From Candidatus Zymogenus saltonus (GTDB lineage Bacteria; Desulfobacterota; Zymogenia; Zymogenales; Zymogenaceae): a stretch of DNA of 64,000 nt. Location of the stretch: positions 27,720 through 91,719 of the forward strand of contig JAFGIX010000025.1 of the NCBI GenBank assembly GCA_016929395.1. Reading direction: 5' to 3'. Positions 30,966 to 40,815 of the stretch are shown one piece after another (within the stretch, counting starts at the first letter, position 1; each line of letters begins with the position of its first letter). Position numbers and translations under genes: made by a program. The notes under the pieces were generated by a model, which was not told the origin of the DNA, searched no databases, and worked only from the letters and a program-made list of their open reading frames with translations.

Positions 30966-32504
30966 ATGATAATCAATCCTAAAGATATAATTGGTGACGT
31001 AAAAGAATCGTGCGACGTCTGTATTGTGGGCTCCGGATCGTCAGGCGGGGTGATGGCGATGGAGATGGCGGGCGCCGGATACTCAGTGGTGGTTCTGGAG
31101 GAGGGTGGTCATTTTAAGGGGTCGAGCCTGAACCAGCGGGAGCCGGAGATGATGGGAGAGCTCTACCAGCAGAGGGCCGCCAGGACGACCAAAGACCTCT
31201 CGGTCGCCATCATGCAGGGGAAATGCGTGGGCGGGGGAACCGTGGTCAACGTCGCCGACTGCGTCAGGATCCACGACGAGGTTTTAAGAAGATGGGAGGT
31301 GGAGTTCGGCATAGAAGACATGACGCCGGAGATCATGAACCCCTACTTCGAGAAGGTGGAAAATATCCTGAAGGTAAAGAAGATAAAGGACTCGGAGTTG
31401 AACGGCTCCAACGTGATTGTAAAGAAGGGAATCGAGAAGCTGGGGTATTCCGGATCTCCCTTCGATACGAACCGCGAGGGGTGCATAGGGTGCGGATACT
31501 GTCTCTTGGGCTGCACCTACGACAAGAAGCAGGCGGTTTCCCTGAACTACATACCGATGGCCGTTGAAAACGGGGCGAAGGTGTACGTCTACACCAGGGC
31601 GGAGAGGGTGGAGGAAAAGGGGGGAAAGGCGAACAGGGTTCACGGTATCCTTCTCGATCCGAAGACGAAAACGCCGAGAGGTAACATTGAGGTTACGGCA
31701 AAGGTCATCATGATCGCCACGAACACCATAAACACCGACCAGCTTCTCTTGAAGTCGGGCCTCTGCAACTCCAGCGGGTTTGTGGGTAAAAACCTGATCC
31801 TCCAGCCCCAGACGATGGTGGCGGGGATGTTCAAGGAGGAGCTTCGGAGCTACAGAGGAATTCCCCAGGCCTACGTCTGCGACGAGTTCGAGGAGGTGGA
31901 CGAGGTGAGGGGGCTTACCGGCTTTCGCGTCGAGGGTATCTTCGGGATGCCCGGAATATCGTCGAGCCTTATGGGCGGCTTCGGCATGGAGACAAAGGAG
32001 CTGTTGACCAAATATAACAACCTCGCCGCTGCGATGGTCCTTGTTCCGGAGGAGCCGAGCGGCGAGGTCAAGCTCAACAAATACAAGAGGCCGGTCGTTC
32101 ACTACAAGATGCGGGAAGACACGAAAAAAAGGATGATGGAGGGAATGAAACAGGGCGCGAAGATCATGTTCGCCGCTGGAGCCGAGAAGGTGAGGCTCTT
32201 CTACGAGGTGCCGGCGATGCTGGACGACGAGTCGCAGCTAAATGTAATAGAAGAGAGGGGGATAGAGCCGTGCGGTCAGGCGATCATGGCGTTTCACATC
32301 CAGGGCACCTGCAGGATGGGCCCCGATCCGAAAAAGAGCGTCGTTAACAACTACATGGAGAGTCACGACGTGAAGAACCTCTTTGTAGTTGACGCCTCGG
32401 TCTGCCCGTCGACTTCGTCCTCCCACAACATGGTGGCCGTAATGGCGATGGCCCACAGGACGGCGGACTACGTCCTCACAAACAGGGAGAAATACTTCGG
32501 TTAG
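30966..32504 (+). CDS. GMC-family FAD-dependent oxidoreductase (large subunit)
   Basis: CDVCIVGSGSSGGVMAMEMAGAGYSVVVLEEGG FAD-binding fold. Length 512 aa. Confidence 0.8.
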   Translation: MIINPKDIIGDVKESCDVCIVGSGSSGGVMAMEMAGAGYSVVVLEEGGHFKGSSLNQREPEMMGELYQQRAARTTKDLSVAIMQGKCVGGGTVVNVADCVRIHDEVLRRWEVEFGIEDMTPEIMNPYFEKVENILKVKKIKDSELNGSNVIVKKGIEKLGYSGSPFDTNREGCIGCGYCLLGCTYDKKQAVSLNYIPMAVENGAKVYVYTRAERVEEKGGKANRVHGILLDPKTKTPRGNIEVTAKVIMIATNTINTDQLLLKSGLCNSSGFVGKNLILQPQTMVAGMFKEELRSYRGIPQAYVCDEFEEVDEVRGLTGFRVEGIFGMPGISSSLMGGFGMETKELLTKYNNLAAAMVLVPEEPSGEVKLNKYKRPVVHYKMREDTKKRMMEGMKQGAKIMFAAGAEKVRLFYEVPAMLDDESQLNVIEERGIEPCGQAIMAFHIQGTCRMGPDPKKSVVNNYMESHDVKNLFVVDASVCPSTSSSHNMVAVMAMAHRTADYVLTNREKYFG

Positions 32505-32788
32505 ACTATGTGAAAAGACGGCTTTCCCGTTTAGGGTCGGGGGAGGGGGGGTGACAGAACGGAAATACTTTTCAGCCTTTTTTATTTGAGTTTGGGCGTT
32601 GGTCGAAAATGAGAGAGGGGAGGGAGGATGTGGGGGAGTGGGGGAGAAAGACTTTTTTCCCTGTTTTTTCAACTTCGACTTTAGTCGCAAATGGATGGGG
32701 GCAGTGGGAAGTAGGGTAAAGGGTAGGTGGAAATAATTTCTTGGCCGGGGGTCGGGCTTGCCGCGTTTGCATGTTGCAATAAAAAGTT

Positions 32789-32830
32789 AGGGGGGCGAAA
32801 ATCTTCAACGGTAAGACAGGTCGCCCCCCT
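32789..32830 (-). terminator. Stem-loop (10-bp GC stem) followed by a T-run on the minus strand
   Basis: AGGGGGGCGA...TCGCCCCCCT with a 22-nt loop. On the minus strand it is followed by AACTTTTTATTG. Confidence 0.3.
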
Positions 32831-33142
32831 TAGTTTCATAAGCCCCTTTTGATTCAATTCAGTTTCATTGGTGTAAAAAGGGAGAGCATTGTAGATCAGA
32901 GAAATGAATTAGTTATAAAAGGCCGACTTCGTTTGGTTTAGAAGGCCTTCTGATAATCCGCTTGCATGTCCACAATATTATATAAGATTGCAGACTCTAT
33001 CCGGTGTTCATGGGTCAATGGCGATGTTGTACTTGTGCAAATTATGATACAAATGATTAAAAACGCTATAACCCTTCCAATATTTCCCGGCATCTAAATA
33101 TCAAATCTTAAGTTACGAGAATAGTTTCACAAGATGGCACCT

Positions 33143-33463
33143 TCAAATACCGAATCTGCTGAGTATATGAGCCAAAAATCCTGAGAAAACCCCGATAAAA
33201 CCCATAAAGGTGAGCATTGCTATAAAGGCAAAGAGGAAGATCAGCGTAATAACACAGCCGAAGCTCCCGAAAACCTTATAAAATCTCCTGAAATCGAATA
33301 TAACCTTGACGGGCTTTTCAGCGGTTGAAGACTTTTTTGTTACCTCATCGATTAGGACGGTGCTCCCGCAATATTTACAGAGGGCGTTTTCGCTCCCTTT
33401 CTCGATCTTCAGTGTGCCGCCGCAATTGGGACATTTAGCCGCGGTAAGTTTAACCTTTGACAT
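33143..33463 (-). CDS. Zinc-ribbon protein with a C-terminal TM helix
   Basis: CPNCGGT...CKYCGS zinc ribbon and a hydrophobic C-terminus. Confidence 0.4.
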   Translation of the reverse strand: MSKVKLTAAKCPNCGGTLKIEKGSENALCKYCGSTVLIDEVTKKSSTAEKPVKVIFDFRRFYKVFGSFGCVITLIFLFAFIAMLTFMGFIGVFSGFLAHILSRFGI

Positions 33464-33608
33464 TTAACCGATAAGACAGACTTGATTTTCAATCCAATAA
33501 ATACACTACAAAACCTTAATTATCGAATACAGTTTAAGTGGATAATTTTTTCTGTTCAGAAGAGATATATCGTATAGTATTCTGTTTTCGATATTTTAAC
33601 AAACACAA

Positions 33609-34181
33609 TCAAGTCTGATCTGGATACTTCCCGGTGATGTTGGAGTAAAAGGCCAATATCCTCTTCAGATCCGCTTCGTAGTTGCCGGTGGGGAATATCA
33701 ATGGGCCAATCCCTGCGGCCTTTTTGAGATAATCTACGAAGGTGAGAAGGATGGGTATCTTGACGCCCATGGCGATGTGGTAGAATCCCGATTTCCACTT
33801 CTCAACCTTCTTTCTCGTTCCCTCAGGCGCAAGCACCAGGATCATCTCCCTTTTCTCGTTGAAGACTTTTACTAAATAATCTACAACGTTTGACGACTGG
33901 GACCTGTTGATCGGGATGCACCCCATCCACTTGAAAAACGGGCCGAAGGGGCCTTTGAAGAGGCTTTTCTTTGCCAGTATCGACATTTTTTTCTTAAAAG
34001 CAAAGGCGACGAGAATGGCGATGGGGAAATCCCAGTTAGAGGTGTGGGTTGCGATTGCCACAAATTTAGGAATATTGGGAACTTCCCCTTCGAGCTGCCA
34101 GCCGAAGAGATTTAAGATGAACAGAGAGATTCGCCTGAGTATGGAATTTAATATAGGTGTTTCGTAAATAGTTATGCTCAT
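33609..34181 (-). CDS. Lysophospholipid (1-acyl-sn-glycerol-3-phosphate) acyltransferase, PlsC-like
   Basis: HTSNWD (H-x4-D acyltransferase motif) and PEGTR motif. Confidence 0.7.
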   Translation of the reverse strand: MSITIYETPILNSILRRISLFILNLFGWQLEGEVPNIPKFVAIATHTSNWDFPIAILVAFAFKKKMSILAKKSLFKGPFGPFFKWMGCIPINRSQSSNVVDYLVKVFNEKREMILVLAPEGTRKKVEKWKSGFYHIAMGVKIPILLTFVDYLKKAAGIGPLIFPTGNYEADLKRILAFYSNITGKYPDQT

Positions 34182-34402
34182 AATATGAGTTCTCCTTTAA
34201 AAAAATAATTGCAAGGATTTAAAGAGGAAGTGCCTTAAAAATCCCTACTAATCCGTAGACCTTGTCCATAGTCTATGGTCTTTATAGTATTAGAATATCT
34301 TTTGTCTCTGTTGATGTCAAATGAAAAATGGACTTTTTTACAATTCCTAATAATTGGTCTGATTGTCCGCTCAAGGCGAGGTGGAAAATGTGCAAATCGA
34401 AA

Positions 34403-34987
34403 TCAACCATTTTTGAAGAGACTCGATATTATGAGGGAGAGGATAAGAAAAGAGAGTATGATCACGATGACCGTTCTCCCTTTCCTTTTCAACAGGGGGA
34501 AATGAGTCACAACCTCGGTCAGGGATGCCGCAGACATAGAAAATAGCGAGACCAATGCGATATAGAAGCCGTAGCGCTCGCGGTAGTTGGTCAGGAAGAA
34601 TATCCCGAGATCGATGTAGACCGTGGAGATAAAGGTCGACAGCGCCTCCGCAAGGGAGGTGATGGAACGAAGCAACGGGCGTCTCTTCCCCACGATGAAA
34701 ACGGCCAAGATAAAAATCACAACCCCGATTATAGGTGCCGTTAACGCCTCCGTCGCCTCATTTTCGACAACAAGCGAAAGGCCGGATATGCTCTCGCTTA
34801 TGACGGCGCCGTCGCTGCAGCCCCTCACCTGAGACGCCCAGGGGAGAAAAAACGACGCGATCAGGAGGAGAGAGGCAAACAGCTTAAGCCGTTTTAGAAA
34901 AGCGGAGGCGGAGAGGGCGATTCCGATCCAAGTCGTCGGGTTTACTTCGTTTTGTTTCTCTTTTCCATCAAGTCGCTTAAGAGGCAT
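34403..34987 (-). CDS. Hypothetical multi-TM membrane protein
   Basis: Four or five hydrophobic segments. No recognisable motif. Confidence 0.3.
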   Translation of the reverse strand: MPLKRLDGKEKQNEVNPTTWIGIALSASAFLKRLKLFASLLLIASFFLPWASQVRGCSDGAVISESISGLSLVVENEATEALTAPIIGVVIFILAVFIVGKRRPLLRSITSLAEALSTFISTVYIDLGIFFLTNYRERYGFYIALVSLFSMSAASLTEVVTHFPLLKRKGRTVIVIILSFLILSLIISSLFKNG

Positions 34988-36489
34988 ATGGCTTCCTCTT
35001 TCGTCCTTATTGTTCCCGTGGTCTGGGAAAGGAGGATCTCGGACTTTAATTTTCCAACCTTGATACCCTCCTCGATCCCGGTCAGGGCCATGATCTCCCT
35101 GCCGGAAATCAGGGGAAGTATGGGCCTTCCACCATTATACACTCTGTCAAAGGCGCTGAAAATGTTCTCTATGAGCTCCCTGTTTCTTTTGAGCCTATCA
35201 TTGTTGAATGTATCCATTTTCCCCGCCAGCGTGTCGGCGAGGCCCAGGATCAGAAGCCCGGGGATATCCTTCCCCACGTCTCTCAGAAGCCTCCCGATCC
35301 CCCTTTCGCTCACCTTTTCGGCGGACGCGAGGGAGAGAAGGCGCATGTGGTTTTTTATGAGGTCTGTTCCCATCTTTGCAACCTTTCTTCCGAGGATTAT
35401 CCTTTTTGCGATGTTTTTGAAGATGTTTGCCCCCCTGTTCTCGTGGCCGTAGAATGTGGCGTCCTTTTCCCCCATGCCGTTGACTTCTGATCTGTTTGTT
35501 TTTTCACCCTTGGTTTCGGGTTTTCCTGCATCGTGGAAGAGGGCCGTGAACTTGATTAGGGAAGACCTGGTCCATCCGCCGCTGACGGACGCATTTAGAT
35601 AGTCGCGTAGAAAATCGCCCCTCTCCGGGAATTGGGCCTCCGGTCTTTCGACGATGGACTCGGCCTCCTTTAGGCATAGGAGAGAGTGGCCCCAGACATC
35701 CTCCGAATGATAGCGGTTCTGGCTTACCCCCCTCATGGTTTCTACTTCGGGGAATATAACGCCCAAAAGCCTCGATTGATCCATCAGCACAATCGATGAG
35801 TAAGAATAGCTGCCCAAAAAGAGCTTTACAAACTCCTCCCCCAGCCTCTCCTTTGCGGAGTTTTTTATAAGCCCCTTATAACGCCCGATCCTGTTAAGAG
35901 TCTCCTCCTCGATTTTAAATCCAGGTAAGGTCGCCATGAACCTGAAGGCCCTGACGAGCCTCAGGGGATCGTCTTTAAACGTATCTTCATGTGCCGTTCT
36001 GATTATTCCCTTTTCGATATCGTTTCTGCCGGTATTCGTGGGGTCGAGGATAGTGTTCTTTTCTATTATGTCGACCCTTAATGTGTTGATGGTAAAGTCC
36101 CTCGCCTCGGCGTCCGATATATGATTATCTCCCTTGGGGGAGGAGAAGTCGAAGACGGCCTTCCCCCTAACGACACGATAGATCCTCTCCTCTTCGTCGA
36201 GGACGACGAGGGTACCCGGGAGTTCCGTCGCCCACCTCTTTGCAAATTTTTGAGAGTCGCCGAATACGATGAAATCGAAATCCTTGATTTGGCCAGATGA
36301 TTTCAAGCCGATCAGATAGTCCCGGATTGCGCCCCCCACGAGGTAGACGTCGCACCCGGACGAGAGCACGAAATCGTGGAATCGGTCGTATTCCGGAATT
36401 AGATTTTTGAGGGGAATTATGTCCATCATAAAAAGAGGGGGGATTTGGGGGAACGGTTGGTCCCCCCAAATCCTTGAGTGAAAAAGCAT
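34942..36489 (-). CDS. cca: CCA tRNA nucleotidyltransferase with HD domain
   Basis: CDVYLVGGAIRDYLIG (GGxxRD), RLVRAFRF and a downstream HD segment. The start may be the internal MMDIIP. Confidence 0.8.
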   Translation of the reverse strand: MLFHSRIWGDQPFPQIPPLFMMDIIPLKNLIPEYDRFHDFVLSSGCDVYLVGGAIRDYLIGLKSSGQIKDFDFIVFGDSQKFAKRWATELPGTLVVLDEEERIYRVVRGKAVFDFSSPKGDNHISDAEARDFTINTLRVDIIEKNTILDPTNTGRNDIEKGIIRTAHEDTFKDDPLRLVRAFRFMATLPGFKIEEETLNRIGRYKGLIKNSAKERLGEEFVKLFLGSYSYSSIVLMDQSRLLGVIFPEVETMRGVSQNRYHSEDVWGHSLLCLKEAESIVERPEAQFPERGDFLRDYLNASVSGGWTRSSLIKFTALFHDAGKPETKGEKTNRSEVNGMGEKDATFYGHENRGANIFKNIAKRIILGRKVAKMGTDLIKNHMRLLSLASAEKVSERGIGRLLRDVGKDIPGLLILGLADTLAGKMDTFNNDRLKRNRELIENIFSAFDRVYNGGRPILPLISGREIMALTGIEEGIKVGKLKSEILLSQTTGTIRTKEEAICLLSDLMEKRNKTK

Positions 36490-36493
36490 TATG

Positions 36494-37405
36494 TTATTTC
36501 TTTGAAGCTTTGACCTTGCCTTTGTCTCTTCTTAAGTATTTTAGACTCTTCCAGAGGGCCACTATGAATATCAGGAAAAGCAGAAGCCAGGGCAAAACGG
36601 CAAAGATGAAGATCATCAGCGCCCTGATTGAATAAGAAAAGGCCTCGAGGGAGTCTCTGATCGAGTTTTTGAGGGGCGTCCATGCGCTCTTTGACGGACC
36701 GATAGGCGAGGGCTCGGCGAGGTTCAAGGTTATCGTGGACATGCCCAGCAGATTGTCATAGTAGCGAAGGGTCCCCTTGATGCTCTCGATTTCTTCAAGG
36801 ATTCTACCGAGCTCCCTCTCCACCTCCAGAAGATCCTTGACGTTGGTAGTCCGCTTGGCCAGGAGATCCAGAAGCCTCCTCTGCATCTCCTCTTTGGTCT
36901 TGAGCCTCAACTCCAGATCGTAGTACGTCTTTGTAATGTCCTCTCCCGTGATCTTCTTGGACTCGATATCGCCCAGTGTCTCGATTTTTTTTATGAGGCT
37001 CTCAAAATTATCGGGGGGGACGCGAATCGTTATTTCACCGCTCATGTTGCCGAGGTCCGACTTGTATGACGAAGAGTCGGCGATAAATCCCTTCTCTGAC
37101 TTCACCATGTCCTGAAGGGTGTCGAAGGACTTGAGGAAGTTTTTTGTCTTTATCGTTATCTGGGCGCTCTTTATTATCTTCCTCTTTATTACATTTGGGA
37201 CTTCGGTTTCGGGGGTTGTAACGGTTTCGCCGGGTGCAGGCGGCGCCTCGGCCGGCTCTTCGGCAAGTTCGTATTCCATGACCAATTCCTTAGTTTTACC
37301 CCCCATGCCGGGAAAGCGTGCTTCCTCCGACTTTCCGCACGAGAAGGCCGCAAAGGCCAAAACTAAGATGGAGACAAGTAAGATATTTAATCTATTGTTT
37401 TTCAT
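36494..37405 (-). CDS. DUF4349-like lipoprotein with a C-terminal TM anchor
   Basis: Lipobox AFSCG, coiled-coil middle and a C-terminal hydrophobic helix followed by a basic tail. Confidence 0.45.
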   Translation of the reverse strand: MKNNRLNILLVSILVLAFAAFSCGKSEEARFPGMGGKTKELVMEYELAEEPAEAPPAPGETVTTPETEVPNVIKRKIIKSAQITIKTKNFLKSFDTLQDMVKSEKGFIADSSSYKSDLGNMSGEITIRVPPDNFESLIKKIETLGDIESKKITGEDITKTYYDLELRLKTKEEMQRRLLDLLAKRTTNVKDLLEVERELGRILEEIESIKGTLRYYDNLLGMSTITLNLAEPSPIGPSKSAWTPLKNSIRDSLEAFSYSIRALMIFIFAVLPWLLLFLIFIVALWKSLKYLRRDKGKVKASKK

Positions 37406-37586
37406 TTTGATATCCCTCCATATTTTTCTATTATGACAGATAAAAGCGTGTCATTGTTTCATCTAAAAAGCACTCTTTTATCAATGTATAACACAAATAA
37501 TGCGACAAAACAAATAGAAATCGCTTTCCTAAATTCTTGACAAAGGCGGCAAAATCGGGTATTTATAATACAGGGGGGAGAAGAGT

Positions 37587-38363
37587 ATGGGAGAAAGTCT
37601 TTGTTCTTCGGCATGTAGAGCACGTAAAGATATTGGATTTAGGTTTTTCGTAAGTTTAGTCTCAGGTTTCCTCATTTTGGCGTCGCTTTTTGGCTGTGAG
37701 CTTTCAGCGGGCGGTGCCAATACGGACAGGTCAAGAAACATCAGGGAGCTTGAGAGGGCGGTGGTTGATCTGGAGCGGAAGGTGGATGAGATAACCCTCC
37801 AGCTCTCAAAGCTTGACGAAAGGCTGAAGGAGTACGAAAAGGGACTGAATATAAAAGGCTCGGAAGGCGAAGGGGAGAAGATAAGCGAGGAGAAGATCAC
37901 GGGAGACGATGACGCCGCTTCACCGGGTACGTATGAGACGCCAAAGGGCGGCGGGAACGGGAGTTCAGAGACGGATCTGCCGAAAGGAGGGGATCCCCAG
38001 GGGCTCTATGACAGAGCCCTAAAGGAGATACTGAACAGAAATGCGGAGAAGGCCTTGCCCCTCTTCATCGACTTCGTAGGCAGTTACCCGAAACACGAGC
38101 TGACCGACAACGCATATTATTGGATTGGGGAATGCTATTACTCGCTTAAAAAATATGAACTTGCCCTCGAGAATTTCACCATAGTCAAGGAAAGATTTCC
38201 CGAATCGGGAAAGACACCGGATGCCCTCCTCAAGATGGGCTATTCTTACGTTGAACTGGGGGACAAGGAGAGGGCCAAGGAGGTATTGAGCGATCTGGTC
38301 TCAAAATATCCTGACAGCTCTTCAGCGGATCTCGCCAGGAAGAGGCTTTTGGAGCTTAAATGA
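37587..38363 (+). CDS. cpoB: Tol-Pal system protein CpoB/YbgF (coiled coil plus TPR)
   Basis: N-terminal coiled coil (ELERAVVDLERKVDEITLQL) and a C-terminal YbgF TPR block (YDRALKEIL..., YYWIGECYYSLKKYELALENF). Confidence 0.75.
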   Translation: MGESLCSSACRARKDIGFRFFVSLVSGFLILASLFGCELSAGGANTDRSRNIRELERAVVDLERKVDEITLQLSKLDERLKEYEKGLNIKGSEGEGEKISEEKITGDDDAASPGTYETPKGGGNGSSETDLPKGGDPQGLYDRALKEILNRNAEKALPLFIDFVGSYPKHELTDNAYYWIGECYYSLKKYELALENFTIVKERFPESGKTPDALLKMGYSYVELGDKERAKEVLSDLVSKYPDSSSADLARKRLLELK

Positions 38364-38395
38364 TATTTGTTTTAAGATGAATTTTATGGATAAAA

Positions 38396-39595
38396 ATGAT
38401 GAGTAAAGCTATGAATAAAAGGCTGATTCTTATATTGGCAATTCTCGTGTTTCTCCCGGCGATTTTCATATTTGCACAGGATGAGGCAACAACACCGGAG
38501 ACGACGGACAATGAAAACGTCTATACGGTTAAGGCCGGGGACACCCTTTCGAGCATAGCCCAGTCCTATCTCGGCAGCGCGTCAAAGTGGCGGGACTTAT
38601 GGGAACTGAATCCTCAGATCAAAGACCCTAACAAGTTGACGGTCGGCCAAAAGATAATCCTGAGCAAAGCGAAAGAGGAAGAAATAAAGCCAACAGAGGC
38701 ACCATCCACGCCCACACCGGAAACGGAGACCGTGGACGGAGGAATATCCGAAGAGACCTTGACGACACCGGAGATTGCCCCGCCGGCAATGACTACGGTT
38801 ACGGAAAAGCCGAAGGAGAAATTCACCTTAAAGCCTTCCGATTACTATACCATACCTAAGGTGAAAATATCCGGCTTTTTATCAGAAAAAGACCTCGAGG
38901 ACTCCGGGTACATTTACCGTTCCCGTCACAACAGAAAGATGATAACCGATGACAACATAGTATTTATAAGGTTGCCGAAGGACAAGATGGTAAAATTGAA
39001 GCCGAACGACAGGTTTTCGATTTTCAGGATTCTTGAAAAGGTAAAACACCCCGTAACGGGTAAAAAAATCGGCTATGCTATTAGCGTAGTCGGCGATCTG
39101 GAGGTTACCTCCCTCGGGGAAGATACGGCCTCTGCAATAATAGTGACGGCAAGCGACATTATCAAGGAGGATGACAGGATTATTCCCTATGAACAAACCG
39201 ATGAAAAGGTGAGAATCGTCAAGGGGGAATTTCCAGTTGTGGGCTATATCGTGTATTCCGTTATGACCTCAAGGGACATATTGGAAGAATCTCTTCTGTC
39301 CGATGATGACGTTGTCTATTTGGACAGGGGTTATGCGGACGGGGTTAGGATTGGAAATATTTTTGATGTTTTGAGACTTAACGAGAAATACAATACAAGG
39401 AAGCTGACGGCCGAGGAATATGAAAAGATGTTGCAGAAAGGCGGTGATGAGGACAGCCGAAGCGTAGTTTATCCACCGGATATAATAGGGCGAGTAGTCG
39501 TGATCAATGTGGGTGAATACACATCAACGGCCGTTATAAACAGCGCTAACGACGTCATTCACCTCGGGGATATGGTAAGACTTCAAATCGAGTAA
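38396..39595 (+). CDS. LysM-domain secreted protein
   Basis: Signal peptide, then LysM (YTVKAGDTLSSIAQSYLGSASKWRDLWELNPQI...GQKIIL) and a Pro/Thr-rich linker. Confidence 0.7.
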   Translation: MMSKAMNKRLILILAILVFLPAIFIFAQDEATTPETTDNENVYTVKAGDTLSSIAQSYLGSASKWRDLWELNPQIKDPNKLTVGQKIILSKAKEEEIKPTEAPSTPTPETETVDGGISEETLTTPEIAPPAMTTVTEKPKEKFTLKPSDYYTIPKVKISGFLSEKDLEDSGYIYRSRHNRKMITDDNIVFIRLPKDKMVKLKPNDRFSIFRILEKVKHPVTGKKIGYAISVVGDLEVTSLGEDTASAIIVTASDIIKEDDRIIPYEQTDEKVRIVKGEFPVVGYIVYSVMTSRDILEESLLSDDDVVYLDRGYADGVRIGNIFDVLRLNEKYNTRKLTAEEYEKMLQKGGDEDSRSVVYPPDIIGRVVVINVGEYTSTAVINSANDVIHLGDMVRLQIE

Positions 39596-39620
39596 ATCCA
39601 CCGTCCTTAAACAGAGCTTT

Positions 39621-39651
39621 GCGGCGTCGGGGCTCCTCGGCGCCGTTTTTT
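39621..39651 (+). terminator. Rho-independent terminator after the LysM gene, immediately followed by a TTGACA-17-TATATT promoter-like element for dprA
   Basis: GCGGCGTCGGGGCTCCTCGGCGCCG stem-loop then TTTTTT. TTGACA at 39654 and TATATT at 39677. Confidence 0.45.
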
Positions 39652-39690
39652 ATCTTGACATGAATAAATATTTTTTATATATTTTCATTC

Positions 39691-40800
39691 ATGAACGACA
39701 CTTCCGTATATTCCCTGGCGCTCTCTCAATTGAGCGGCATAGGCAACATCACCTTCAAGAGACTTGTGGAGCATTTCGGAAGCGCCCGGGAGGTATTTAA
39801 AGCGGGGCGAAAGAGTCTGGGCGAGATAGAGGGGGTTTTTGAAGCAAAGATAAAGGCCATAACCTCCTTCGATGACTGGGAGTCGGTAAGGGAAAAGATT
39901 AAGGCCGTCGAAGACAAGAGGGCGAGAATCATTTCCATAGAAGACAAAGAGTATCCCAAAAGGCTCAAGAATATCTACGACGCCCCGTCGATCTTGTATA
40001 TAAAGGGCTCCTTTGCGGAAGAGGACGAACTCTCCGTTGCGGTCGTCGGCTCCCGGAGGGCCAGCACCTACGGATACCTGACCGCCGAAAATATTGCGGC
40101 CGGCCTCGCCCAAAGGGGAATAACCGTGGTAAGCGGGATGGCCAGGGGGATAGACTCGAAGGCCCACACAGCGGCGTTGAACGCAGGCGGGAGGACGATA
40201 GCGGTATTGGGCTCCGGGATCGATGTCGTCTATCCACCGGAGGGAAAGGGGCTTTACAACGAGATAGTAGAAAGGGGTGTAGTCATAACGGAATTTCCAC
40301 TGGGGACACATCCCGAGCCGGGCAACTTCCCAAGGAGGAACAGGATAATAAGCGGGCTTTCGGTAGGGGTGGTGATAATCGAGGCCTCGGAGACGAGCGG
40401 GGCGCTGATTACGGCAGAGCTCGCCATCGATCAAAACCGGGAGGTCTTCGCAATCCCCGGAAATATCAACTCTGTAAGGTCCAAGGGGACGAACAACCTG
40501 ATAAAGAAGGGGGCAAAGCTGGTTGAGAGCGCCGAAGAGATAATAGATGAGTTGAGGTTCATATTCGGGGAAAGGTTTAGAATCGACGCGGCCCAGCAAA
40601 AAGATTGGTCGACAAGCGGCGAGTCGTTCACGGAAGAGGAAAGGAGGGTGCTGACCTGTTTGGGATTGGAGCCCGCTCACATAGACACCCTGATCGACGA
40701 GACGGGCTTTAAAAGTGAGATTGTCCTGAGAATACTCCTGGAATTGGAGATGAGGGGTTTTGTAAAACAGATTCCAGGGAAAAACTTTGTTCTAAATTGA
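39691..40800 (+). CDS. dprA: DNA-processing protein DprA (Smf)
   Basis: VAVVGSRRASTYG...VVSGMARGIDSKAH...AVLGSGIDVVYPPE Rossmann-like DprA core. Confidence 0.85.
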   Translation: MNDTSVYSLALSQLSGIGNITFKRLVEHFGSAREVFKAGRKSLGEIEGVFEAKIKAITSFDDWESVREKIKAVEDKRARIISIEDKEYPKRLKNIYDAPSILYIKGSFAEEDELSVAVVGSRRASTYGYLTAENIAAGLAQRGITVVSGMARGIDSKAHTAALNAGGRTIAVLGSGIDVVYPPEGKGLYNEIVERGVVITEFPLGTHPEPGNFPRRNRIISGLSVGVVIIEASETSGALITAELAIDQNREVFAIPGNINSVRSKGTNNLIKKGAKLVESAEEIIDELRFIFGERFRIDAAQQKDWSTSGESFTEEERRVLTCLGLEPAHIDTLIDETGFKSEIVLRILLELEMRGFVKQIPGKNFVLN

Positions 40801-40815
40801 TTTTTGGTTGGTTAA